NCBI GenBank assembly: GCA_022787085.1
Contig: JALFVE010000005.1
Span: forward strand, 12,142 to 76,141
Source of the DNA: Oscillospiraceae bacterium
GTDB taxonomy: Bacteria > Bacillota > Clostridia > Oscillospirales > Ruminococcaceae
Direction: 5' to 3'
Length of the DNA stretch: 64,000 nucleotides
The notes beneath the pieces were generated by a model. The model did no database searches, had not been told where the DNA came from, and saw nothing but the letters and a program-made list of their open reading frames with translations. Position numbers and translations under genes: made by a program. Of the stretch, positions 48,901 to 57,143 are shown one piece after another (positions within the stretch are counted from its first letter, which is position 1; each line of letters begins with the position of its first letter).

Positions 48901-49097
48901 TACATTGGTACATACTCAGGCTCGGTAAATGAATCAAGCTCCTCGTCTCTCTGCGTCTCGGGGATTATCTCCTCATATGAAGCCTCGCTTTCAGCGGAAA
49001 CGGTCATTCCAAGAGACATATCTCCCCACAGGGGCACCGACATCAGCGCAGCGCAGAAAAGAGCGGCAAGCCTTTCTGAAAATGTTTTCTTTTTCAT
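45966..49097 (-). CDS. Secreted N-acetylmuramoyl-L-alanine amidase (Amidase_3) fused to an N-terminal GHL10/DUF187-like domain
   Basis: C-terminal DPGHG...E.EAN...IHCN...IECAF zinc/catalytic set; N-terminal EVRGVYI...VDGIIIDGY...YADT...WW; likely start ATG 49097. Confidence 0.85.
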   Translation of the reverse strand: MKKKTFSERLAALFCAALMSVPLWGDMSLGMTVSAESEASYEEIIPETQRDEELDSFTEPEYVPMYSFPDEVRGVYINPEKDFSVTDENGEMLSEEEIAAGIDRALDMAQEKSLNAVIISTSDENDIYYSLNVNKTALRSPAEICVERASERGMYVYVTFNIASALAGITEETAKARIDRLALDAHSFTVKYPVDGIIIDGYYSKRDGASFANYIENGSGIGYDNWLMDNGAYVFSLVSDAVRRTSNSVPVGISINDIWANYTTAEGGSETSVSFEALTDGYADTLGYINKGYADFILVKAEGSFGSETMPFEDVVSWWNEKAQAAGVPMIVDHINERVCSDYTGWGSPDELVKQVIKADEFDSCIGSVFNSLSSLEANAEESTTVLVKHFNDQIDREGLNNELEMTLPLTTTFKTEEPTVIFAGSFDPNFTIYFQGEPIELNEAGRFYFNMDLDVGVNTFTFKNKGKSVTYKITRTVNVLKSVEPDVSEMRVEEQSAITFSAIAYKGSDVTAEINGKSVELKPVDGQTDELDPNSNYTKYVGTYIAPAGIKGQDIDLGSVTFYGCYHTKTGDFNETRTGSRIIVNALAEILNDYSGKLLEVKNDNTMVYNAKTTSTNPTPDMARLPAGTLDYQVKTVSYSGTDYYLTNSGKRIRVSDVNVLDNKPLGSNPISVASAGKDGTDTLLKLRTNSRVPFAMSFSGVNYTDGNNGGHYVSSFNATALVITFDYVTSISASSIKFPDSAVFTEGVWDTYESGELTKTRLTLTLRQSGIFGGVTSSYDGEGNLTFRFNGCRSSLNGATVVIDPGHGYTGASQFDPGAVGHIKEQEANLAIAKLVASKLEAEGANVIRLKTESETYVTAQRASIARQYNPDLFLAIHCNAAGESARGAEAYYFTPFSQPLADRISARIGSYLGNNVDMAEGMDRGEQYNYFFVTQQQDFPSVLIECAFVTNYTEAMALADPTHQNGIAEAIVRGAADYLGRCEYSCYGDGSAEFTNSGAAYSADVPEEAPAAEESQPMTSEDVAVTPGFDDPYNLLGLAE

Positions 49098-49330
49098 AGT
49101 TCTCCTATATAATTTATCCCTTGTTCGTTTGTATTTCTTTATCATTTCCTTGCCGGAAATTATGATAATATTATACCACATTCTCCGAATAATTTCAACA
49201 GCGGCAGGGATAAAAAAACGGAGAATATATTCCCCGAAAAATGTCATTTTGCCGAATTTTTCAAAAGGAATATTTCCCATTACAGTGAACATAATATTAC
49301 AAGATAAACTTAAAATATCAAGGAGGAGCC

Positions 49331-50401
49331 ATGAGCAGACAGAGCTTCAAGAAATACCTGTTTCCATTGCTGGCGGCATTTGCGGCTCTGGCAGTGCTTT
49401 TGCGCCCCGAGGAGGTAAGAGGGCTATTATCCGTGATATTTTCAGCCGCTGCACCCTTTATAACAGGGATACTGTTTGCGGCGGTGACAGACCCTGCGGT
49501 CTGCCACTTTGAGAACCTGTTCATCCGAAAAATGAGCAAAAAAAACGCCAGAGCGACGGCGATACTGATCGTTTATCTGATGATCGCAGGCATAGCAGCC
49601 GCAGCAGCAGGGCTTATCCTGCCGAAGCTGTGGGAAAGCGCAGCCCTTTTTGTAAACAGCGTTGACGGCTATTACAGCGATTTCAGAAGCCGCTATGAAA
49701 GCAGAGGAGCGGACGCCCCAATCCTTGTCAGGATGCTTGACAGTATAATAAAGCAGCTCTCGGGCAGGCTTCCGGGGCTTTTTGACCGCACCTTTCAGGT
49801 AACAGCGGACTTTCTGCGGGGAACAGCCTCCTTCCTTGTGGGAGCGGTGCTGTCGGTTTATATACTTGCCCAGAAGGACACTCTTCTCGACTTCATAAGC
49901 TCTGCCGCAAAAGCGGCAATGAGCGAGGGGACATACAAAAAAGCCGCCAGAGTCACCCGCACTGTGAACTCCTGTCTTGTGAGCTTCATAGCGGGGCAGC
50001 TTACCGAAGCGGCTATTCTGGGCACTCTCTGCTTTATCGGGATGGTACTGTTCGGATTTGAATATTCCCTGCTTATCAGCGCAATAATTGCGGTGACAGC
50101 GCTTGTTCCCGTGGCAGGGGCGATCGCGGGAGCAATACCCTCCGCACTGATACTGTTTCTTGCCAAGCCCTCGTCTGCGCTGTGGTTTCTTGTGTTTATA
50201 GTGATACTTCAGCAGCTTGAGAATAATTTCATATATCCGAAGGTAGTGGGAAAGAGCGTAGGAACACCGCCGATACTTATTCTGGCGGCAATAATCGCAG
50301 GAGCGGAGCTATGGGGCGCAGCAGGTATAATGCTTGGCATCCCCCTTGTATCCGCAGCCTACACGCTCATAAAGGAACGGCTGGAGCGGGAACGCCATTA
50401 G
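49331..50401 (+). CDS. AI-2E family transporter
   Basis: FIAGQLTEA, LVPVAG...GAIP, QQLENNFIYPKVVG. Confidence 0.9.
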   Translation: MSRQSFKKYLFPLLAAFAALAVLLRPEEVRGLLSVIFSAAAPFITGILFAAVTDPAVCHFENLFIRKMSKKNARATAILIVYLMIAGIAAAAAGLILPKLWESAALFVNSVDGYYSDFRSRYESRGADAPILVRMLDSIIKQLSGRLPGLFDRTFQVTADFLRGTASFLVGAVLSVYILAQKDTLLDFISSAAKAAMSEGTYKKAARVTRTVNSCLVSFIAGQLTEAAILGTLCFIGMVLFGFEYSLLISAIIAVTALVPVAGAIAGAIPSALILFLAKPSSALWFLVFIVILQQLENNFIYPKVVGKSVGTPPILILAAIIAGAELWGAAGIMLGIPLVSAAYTLIKERLERERH

Positions 50402-50643
50402 CCCTTGGATTTGGCAGCTTCGGGATATCGCTGCTTGATATCGGTAATTCCCAGGATATAATCCACGCTCACCCCGTAAAACTCCGACAGCGTAACCAGA
50501 TGTTCCAGTGGGATATCCCGCCGTCCGATCTCATAATGGGAATAACTCACCTGAGAGCATTTGAGCAAAGAGGCTATCTGTTTCTGAGTGTAGTCATTAT
50601 CCTCCCTCAGAGCTCTGATACGTTCCGCAGCAGTATAATTCAT
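50398..50643 (-). CDS. XRE-family HTH regulator
   Basis: RIRALRED..TQKQIA...YSHYE.G.R.IP...L..FY.VS.DYILG. Confidence 0.9.
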   Translation of the reverse strand: MNYTAAERIRALREDNDYTQKQIASLLKCSQVSYSHYEIGRRDIPLEHLVTLSEFYGVSVDYILGITDIKQRYPEAAKSKG

Positions 50644-50877
50644 AGCTTAAAAAATTCAATCCTTTCAGCAAAGCTTTTTTCTGTTACTTTATATTATAAC
50701 TTATTTTTTTCGCTAAATGGAATTATATAACAAAATGGAATAAAAAAATTGTCGAAAAAAGGAGAATAAGAAAAAATATGTGATTTTAATGTAATATTTA
50801 TGCCTCTTTTTGTAAAAAATGCGCATACATTTTTTCACCCGTCTACCATGATTCTCGTCATAATAATAAAAAAACAT

Positions 50878-50942
50878 TTGACAATACGGTAAAAATATGA
50901 TAAAATAACAATGAAAGCTTTGACTTTACAAAAAATGTAAAG
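50878..50942 (+). promoter_or_regulatory. SBP promoter plus palindrome CTTTACA-N5-TGTAAAG
   Basis: TTGACA (50878-50883), 17 bp, TGnTAAAAT (50901-50906); perfect palindrome 50924-50942. Confidence 0.75.
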
Positions 50943-50968
50943 CAAAGCCGGAGTGAGGAAAGGAATGT

Positions 50969-52429
50969 TTGAAGATGAAGAATGTAAAAAAATCAATTGC
51001 GGGTCTGTCCGCAATGGCTCTGACCGTGAGCCTCACAGCCTGCGGCGGCGGCTCAGAAGGCGGCAGCGCAGAGCAGACCTCAGACACCACAGTAACCACC
51101 ACCACAGCAGCAACCGTTGAGATCAACACAGCAACTGTTGCCGAGGAAGACCAGAAAACTCTGGATCAGGTTGCAGAAGAAAACCTCCGTGATGTTGAGC
51201 TTGAGAACAAGACCATCAAGTGGCTTGCTCACTACGATATCAACCCCTCCGGTTCAGGTAACTCCGAGTCTGTTCCCCTTAATCTCTTCAAGAGCAAGTA
51301 CGGCGGAGAGGTAGAATATCATGCTACTACATGGAACAGCCGTTATTCCGATCTTTCCACAGCAGTTCTGGGCGGCGAGGGAATCGACTTCTTCCCCTGC
51401 GATACTGCAGCTCTTCCCAAGGGCGTTATCAACGGAATGTTCCAGCCCATCGACGAATACATAGACATGGATTCTGCTCTCTGGGCAGATATGAAGACTG
51501 CTATGGAGATATACAACTTCAACGGCAAGCACTATGCGCTTGTCAACAGCGTTTCAGCTGAGCAGATCGTTATTTACAACAAGCAGACAATTGAAGAGCA
51601 GGGCTTTGATGATCCCTGGGAGCTTTACGAGGCAGGCGAGTGGAACTGGGATACCTTCACCTCCATGCTTGAGCAGTTTGTTGACCCCGACAATGAGCAG
51701 TACGGTCTTGACGGCTGGTTCAATGAAAAGGCTCTGCTTCTTTCCGCAGGTGTTCCCTCTGTTTCCTCCGTTGACGGTACTCTTACCGTTAATCTGAGCG
51801 ATCCTACTATTGAGAAAGCTATGAACTGGAGCTATGACCTTTACAATAAGGGTCTTGTTTTCGACCTTTCCCTCTATGACTGGAATATCCAGCCTCAGTT
51901 CATGGGCGAAGGCAAGGAGCTTTTCTACATCGTAGGCTCATGGGATGTTCAGGCTAATCCCGAAACATGGGCAACCGGCATTTCTCCCGAAAATCTGGGC
52001 TTTGCACCCGTTCCCTCTCCCGCAGGCTCCGATCCCTATCAGTCAGCAACTCTTGACGGCTGGGTAATCTGCAAGGGTGCGGCTAACCCCACAGGCGTTG
52101 CTCTCTTTGCTGAGTGCACACGTCTTGCAAACACCAACGACGAGGCTATCGCTATCGGCGACCAGAAGATGAGAGACGATTACGGCTGGTCCGACGAGCT
52201 TATTGCAAAGAACAAGGAGATCAACCAGCTTGCTCAGAAGTATCCCGTTGTTGACCTTGCAACAGGCGTTTCCACCGATGTTGCCACCCTCACCACCGAC
52301 GGCGGCGCCGAGATCGGTCTGAGAGCTGCATTCCACGGCTATGACTGGGCTACCACCAAGGAGTCCATTTCCGAAGTCGTTGAAATGCTTGTTAAGGAAG
52401 CAGACGATCAGATCAAGGCTCTTGGCTGA
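50969..52429 (+). CDS. Orphan extracellular solute-binding lipoprotein (sugar ABC type)
   Basis: Lipobox LTAC, T-rich linker, SBP_bac_1-like motifs (YNKQ, WNWDTF, GFAPVP); no permease adjacent. Confidence 0.85.
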   Translation: MKMKNVKKSIAGLSAMALTVSLTACGGGSEGGSAEQTSDTTVTTTTAATVEINTATVAEEDQKTLDQVAEENLRDVELENKTIKWLAHYDINPSGSGNSESVPLNLFKSKYGGEVEYHATTWNSRYSDLSTAVLGGEGIDFFPCDTAALPKGVINGMFQPIDEYIDMDSALWADMKTAMEIYNFNGKHYALVNSVSAEQIVIYNKQTIEEQGFDDPWELYEAGEWNWDTFTSMLEQFVDPDNEQYGLDGWFNEKALLLSAGVPSVSSVDGTLTVNLSDPTIEKAMNWSYDLYNKGLVFDLSLYDWNIQPQFMGEGKELFYIVGSWDVQANPETWATGISPENLGFAPVPSPAGSDPYQSATLDGWVICKGAANPTGVALFAECTRLANTNDEAIAIGDQKMRDDYGWSDELIAKNKEINQLAQKYPVVDLATGVSTDVATLTTDGGAEIGLRAAFHGYDWATTKESISEVVEMLVKEADDQIKALG

Positions 52430-52454
52430 TAAAAAAACAGCATAAAAATAATAA

Positions 52455-52491
52455 AAGCTGCGGCAGGGAGATCTCTGCCGCAGCTTGTTTT
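52455..52491 (+). terminator. Terminator after the SBP gene
   Basis: AAGCTGCGGCAG/CTGCCGCAGCTT plus T-rich tail. Confidence 0.85.
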
Positions 52492-52547
52492 GTATTGTTA
52501 TAAAAAGCCGCCCCAATCGAGGCGGTTAAAATTTTTTATGAAGCAGC

Positions 52548-53012
52548 CTAATCCGAAGCCATCTCATCCGAAGCAAATCTCAACATCAGAAACATTGCCG
52601 CAGCAGAAATAAAAATTCCGATGATGCCGCCAACAGTCATGACCGTTCCATAGATCTCACCGCTAATAAAATACGTTGCCCACTTGAGCAGCCCCATTGT
52701 TATATTCACAAGTAAGCACAGCTTCAGATCGCCGAATTTATACTAATAACCATTTGTTCTATGGATAAAGACGGTGGATAGAATACGTCCAGTCAAGGAA
52801 AACGACCGCAGCAAGGCTTGCCGCCTTGCAAGGGAGTTTGACGCAGAGTGGGCGTATTATAGACACCGTATTTTGTCCATAGGTTAAATGGTTATTAGTA
52901 TTAAATCGGATAAACATGAGAGAAGCAATTGCGCCTAAAATTATAACTACGAGCTGCGTTCCGAAATAAACAAAGAACGGGACCATTGCTGTCAGGAAGT
53001 CAAAACCTTCAT
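52548..53012 (-). pseudogene. Small (~100 aa, about 3 TM) membrane-protein gene interrupted by a MITE-like insertion
   Basis: Removing 52741-52903 joins ...GAIASLMFIRF to KFGDLKLCLLVNITMGLLKW...ASDEMASD*; SD GGAAAGG and ATG at 53012 need one extra T to enter the frame. Confidence 0.8.
52741..52900. mobile_element. 160-bp MITE-like element
   Basis: 15-bp perfect TIR TACTAATAACCATTT (22/25 when extended), TTA duplicated at 52738-52740 and 52901-52903, no coding capacity, internal hairpin GCAAGGC/GCCTTGC. Confidence 0.85.
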
Positions 53013-53038
53013 TTTTAACTGACCTTTCCTTTAGTTTG

Positions 53039-53067
53039 GGCATAGAAGAAACCCGTTCTTCTATGCC
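53039..53067 (-). terminator. Terminator of the phosphorelay operon
   Basis: 12-bp perfect stem GGCATAGAAGAA/TTCTTCTATGCC, 17 nt after the stop; poor U-tail. Confidence 0.65.
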
Positions 53068-53083
53068 TTAACGAATAATCTTA

Positions 53084-56000
53084 TCAGAGCTTTTCCGAAA
53101 ACTTTTCAGCTGTTTCGGCGGCAGCCTCGTACTCAAAATCCTCCGCCGAAGCCATGATCTCATCGAGAACGGGTCTGAGAGGCACACCGCCCACCGAGCA
53201 GTCCGATATCTCGCCGCACAGTCTTTCGGCTTCATCTGCGTCAAAAGCAAGGCAGGCATTTCTGATATTTTCAAAATATTTCCTTGCCTTTTCCGCCTCA
53301 AGCTCCGTAAGCTGCTCATTTTCGGCAGGAGCTTCCTCCTCAGGAGCCTCATTTTCGCCGAGATATTCCCTTCCAAGCTCAGTGACCCTTTTGTAAAGCT
53401 CCAGAAGTCCGCTGTTTTTCTCTTCGATCACGCCGAAATTACCCTCCTTGCCCGAAAGCTCAAGCTCCTTGGCAAGGCTCGACAGCTCCTTTGAGCCAAT
53501 GTTAAGAGAGGAGCTTTTCAGCGCATGGACCTCGATAACATAATTTTTCCAGTCCTTTTCATTGAAAAGTCTTTCAATGCGCTCGGAAAGCTCGGGAGCC
53601 TTGCGGACGAAAAGTGCAAGTATCTCCTTATAAGCGTCCATGTCTCCGCCGGTGTATTTAGCTCCCTCCTCGGGACTGAAAAGCTCATTGCATTCCCCTT
53701 CATCCCGCTTTTGGACAGGATCTTCGGGAATCTGCTCCTCGCTGCGGACATATTCCCACAGTCTTTCGGGAAGATGACCGAACAGACATTTTTCAATATC
53801 CACGCCTGTAAAGGGCTTAGAAAGATAATCGTCAAAGCCTGCGTCAAGATAATCCTGCCTTGCCCCGTGTATCGCATTTGCGGTAAGAGCGATAAAGCAG
53901 GTACTCTGAGCAATATTTTCCTCTTTGATTTTTTTGAGAGTTTCAATTCCGTCCATTTCAGGCATCATGTGATCCAGGAAAACAATGTCATAATCGCCTT
54001 TTTTCAGCATCTCAATGCACTTCTGACCGCTTGCAGCCGTATCCAGCTTGACCATAGTACGTTTAAGCAGGCTCTTGGCAACAAGGAGATTAGTCTCATT
54101 GTCATCCACCACAAGAACTCTCGCATTGGGAGCGGTGCGTGCAGCAGCGTCAGTGTCCTGATGCCCTGCCGCAGCCTTGAAGCGCTGTTCAAAATCACCG
54201 ATAGGCTCAGCCTTAATAATGCGCTGCTCTATCTCGAAGGAGAAGGTGGAGCCCGAGCCGTAAACGCTGGAAACCTTCAGCTCGCTGCCCATCATATTGA
54301 GCAGGCGCTGAACGATAGACATACCCAGACCCGTTCCCTCAATGCTGCGGTTTTTTTCCTGATCGAGGCGCTGGAAGGAGGCAAAAAGCTTTTCCATATC
54401 CTCTTCCCTGATGCCGATACCCGTATCGGTCACGCTCACCTCAAGCCGCAGGATATCGTTTTCGATATGAAGCACCTTCATTCTGAAGCGGACATATCCC
54501 TCGGGAGTATATTTAACAGCATTTGTCAGAATATTTGTAATGACCTGCCTTATTCTCACATCGTCTCCGTAAAGCACCGACGGGATATTTTCGTCGATCT
54601 CGTAAATGAACCTGAGCTTTTTCTTTTCAGCCCTTATCCTGACCATATTAACAATATCGTTCACAAGGGAGCTGACATCGTATGAAACAGGCACGATCTC
54701 CATGTTGCCCGATTCGATCTTAGAGAAATCCAGGATATCATTGATGATAGACAAAAGCGTTCTTCCTGCGCTCCGGATATTAGCGGCATATTCGACGATC
54801 TGTTTTTCGCCCGATTCACGCATTATCATCTCGTTCATTCCGAGAACGGCGTTAATGGGAGTTCTGATCTCATGGCTCATATTAGCGAGGAAATCGTTCT
54901 TGGCTTTGCCTGCGCTGATAGCCTTGTCGGCAGCCTCTTTAAGCTCCTTGTTGACCTTTGCCTGCCAGCGAGTGATGCTGAGCATGATCGCATTAACGAT
55001 AACAATGCACAGGAAATAAACGCCGATATAAATAAGGTCGGAGTAAACAGTGCTGCCATAGGAATCATAAAAGCTTCTCACAACAAAAACATTGAAGCCC
55101 GATATCTCTTCCTTCATAGCAAGACAGCCCTTCTGAAAGCCGTCGTAATCGGTAAAAATCACCGAATCGCTGTCGATCTGTGAAAGAGCGGTCCTGTAGC
55201 AGATATCAGCGGCATTGACCGAGTAGCCGGGCTTCATCTGATACTCCTCATAGGGATGATTGAGGATATTTCCGTCAATATCGGTAATAAAGGCGTAGCC
55301 CTTGTCGGTATAGCTTTCGCCAAGGATACCGATAAGCTTGTCAAGGTAATAGTCGATACCCAGAACGCCTATAAAATTGCCCTTATCATCATAAACGATC
55401 TTGCTGAGAGTAGTGCAGTAAAGTCCCGTCTGCTCATCGAGATAGGGAGCGGAAACATTGAAATTCTCCCTTGAAACGAGGGTATCAATATACCACTGCC
55501 GCTCCTCAACGTGCCAGTTTGCGTCAGGCTCCCAGCCGTTGTTCATAAACACCGTATGCTCCCATTCGGGATTGCAGATGTAGACAACGGAAATATCATC
55601 ATATTTTGAAGCGATGCTGTCAAGATAAACGATAGCCGAAGCATAGTCCTCAGTAAAATGTGGCTGTGCGGCAATGCTGTCAGCGATCACATCCAGAACA
55701 GTCTTGTTGGTAAGCGCCCAGTCCCTGACCTGATCCAGATATATCTCAGTCTCCTGCTCCATTCTGACATTGCTCAGCTCAGTGTGAGTGATGGTGTTAA
55801 TAATAAATGTAACAACTCCTGTTGCCACCAGAACAAAGGTGACAAGAGCGATCATCAGCACATGATTAACAGGACTTGAATTATCCTTTTCATCGTTTTT
55901 CTCAGCCTTGTGGGAATTGGATTTATCCGACTCGGTGAACATTTCGTCCACCATGCGATTGAGATCATTAGCCGAATCGCCGATCTCTGCAGCTGCGCTT

Positions 56001-57064
56001 CCCTCACCCGAGGACGTACCCGAAAGGATATCCGCACGGCTGATTATTCTTGAAATGGGAAGTTTCAGCTCATTGCCCATGTCCTTGAGGAATTTATCCT
56101 TTGCGGCAAGCCTTCTTTCCGCCTCCGCCTTTTTTCGGCAGATACAGATATAGAATATCACAATAGCAGCGGACAGAATGAGCATAAACACAGCAATAAG
56201 CAGTGAATTGCCGGTAAGCGACGAGTATTCCTCGCCCCGTTTCACGCAGACAACAAGATACCAGTCATAATTGGTCTTGTCGGAAAAAACATTGTATATC
56301 TCGCCGTCCGACCTGTAATCGAAGGAATTGCCGTAAAGCATAAAGACCTTGTTGACAAGCTCGTAATAAAAATCCAGTTCTCTGTAATCTCTGCCGATGT
56401 ATTCCGAATTGGAATGGCCCACTATCATGCCGTTGGCGTCAACGATAAAGCTTGTTCCAGAACTGTTTGAGTTCATCTCCTCGATATACTGCTGAATGGC
56501 GCTCAGATTGAAATCCAGTCCCACAATGGTGGAGCCGTCGGAAAGGAGCTTTGAAATGCTGTAGCACATCTCCCCGGTGCTGGCGTCGATATAAGGCTCG
56601 GTAACGTTGACAGCGCCCATGCGTCTCTTAGCGCCAAGATACCAGGAGCGCTCGTCAAGCACGAAATCATCATCGGGAACAAAATCATTTATGTACAGCC
56701 TGCCGTCATAGGCAGCATATGCGCTGAAGCAGCTGCCGTCGGACTCGCTTCTGATATCCGCAATAGTCTCGGAGCAGAAATAATCATCAAGAAGCTCCGA
56801 GGTATCCCCGCCCATGGCAAGGATCTGCTCGATCTGCATAGCAACGCTGTCCAGAAGACATTCCGAACGATAAAGGCTGTTGCCCACACGTCCCGCAATG
56901 CTGCTGAGTCTGGTCTGACCCTCGGCTTCTATGCGTGCCGTGTCCGCACGTCTTATCAGAACGACATTCATAACAATGATGATACCGAGAGCAAGCATAA
57001 TAAAGAATAACGCCGCCCGATAGCCGCCGCTTAATTTAATCCTGCTTTTTTTCAATCCGATCAT
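53084..57064 (-). CDS. Hybrid sensor kinase: TM-dCache-TM-(pseudo-DHp)-TM-dCache-TM-HisKA-HATPase-REC-Hpt
   Basis: Two RSWY/RQWY...PY.D...G.....SK Cache motifs; MSHEIRTP, NAVKY, DTGIG, GTGLG; FLDHMMP; VHALKS; start ATG 57064 or TTG 57055. Confidence 0.92.
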   Translation of the reverse strand: MIGLKKSRIKLSGGYRAALFFIMLALGIIIVMNVVLIRRADTARIEAEGQTRLSSIAGRVGNSLYRSECLLDSVAMQIEQILAMGGDTSELLDDYFCSETIADIRSESDGSCFSAYAAYDGRLYINDFVPDDDFVLDERSWYLGAKRRMGAVNVTEPYIDASTGEMCYSISKLLSDGSTIVGLDFNLSAIQQYIEEMNSNSSGTSFIVDANGMIVGHSNSEYIGRDYRELDFYYELVNKVFMLYGNSFDYRSDGEIYNVFSDKTNYDWYLVVCVKRGEEYSSLTGNSLLIAVFMLILSAAIVIFYICICRKKAEAERRLAAKDKFLKDMGNELKLPISRIISRADILSGTSSGEGSAAAEIGDSANDLNRMVDEMFTESDKSNSHKAEKNDEKDNSSPVNHVLMIALVTFVLVATGVVTFIINTITHTELSNVRMEQETEIYLDQVRDWALTNKTVLDVIADSIAAQPHFTEDYASAIVYLDSIASKYDDISVVYICNPEWEHTVFMNNGWEPDANWHVEERQWYIDTLVSRENFNVSAPYLDEQTGLYCTTLSKIVYDDKGNFIGVLGIDYYLDKLIGILGESYTDKGYAFITDIDGNILNHPYEEYQMKPGYSVNAADICYRTALSQIDSDSVIFTDYDGFQKGCLAMKEEISGFNVFVVRSFYDSYGSTVYSDLIYIGVYFLCIVIVNAIMLSITRWQAKVNKELKEAADKAISAGKAKNDFLANMSHEIRTPINAVLGMNEMIMRESGEKQIVEYAANIRSAGRTLLSIINDILDFSKIESGNMEIVPVSYDVSSLVNDIVNMVRIRAEKKKLRFIYEIDENIPSVLYGDDVRIRQVITNILTNAVKYTPEGYVRFRMKVLHIENDILRLEVSVTDTGIGIREEDMEKLFASFQRLDQEKNRSIEGTGLGMSIVQRLLNMMGSELKVSSVYGSGSTFSFEIEQRIIKAEPIGDFEQRFKAAAGHQDTDAAARTAPNARVLVVDDNETNLLVAKSLLKRTMVKLDTAASGQKCIEMLKKGDYDIVFLDHMMPEMDGIETLKKIKEENIAQSTCFIALTANAIHGARQDYLDAGFDDYLSKPFTGVDIEKCLFGHLPERLWEYVRSEEQIPEDPVQKRDEGECNELFSPEEGAKYTGGDMDAYKEILALFVRKAPELSERIERLFNEKDWKNYVIEVHALKSSSLNIGSKELSSLAKELELSGKEGNFGVIEEKNSGLLELYKRVTELGREYLGENEAPEEEAPAENEQLTELEAEKARKYFENIRNACLAFDADEAERLCGEISDCSVGGVPLRPVLDEIMASAEDFEYEAAAETAEKFSEKL

Positions 57065-57143
57065 TTCCTTAGTATAAAGTTTCGGCAAACAGAGCCTTAG
57101 AATAATTGGAATATATCATCAGTCTGCACAAAGGCAAAAATCA

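Noticed and set aside
52759-53043. 94-aa ORF as an intact gene
   Set aside because: Its ATG lies inside the upstream terminator stem and its 3' half reads through the MITE; it is a chimera of the interrupted gene.
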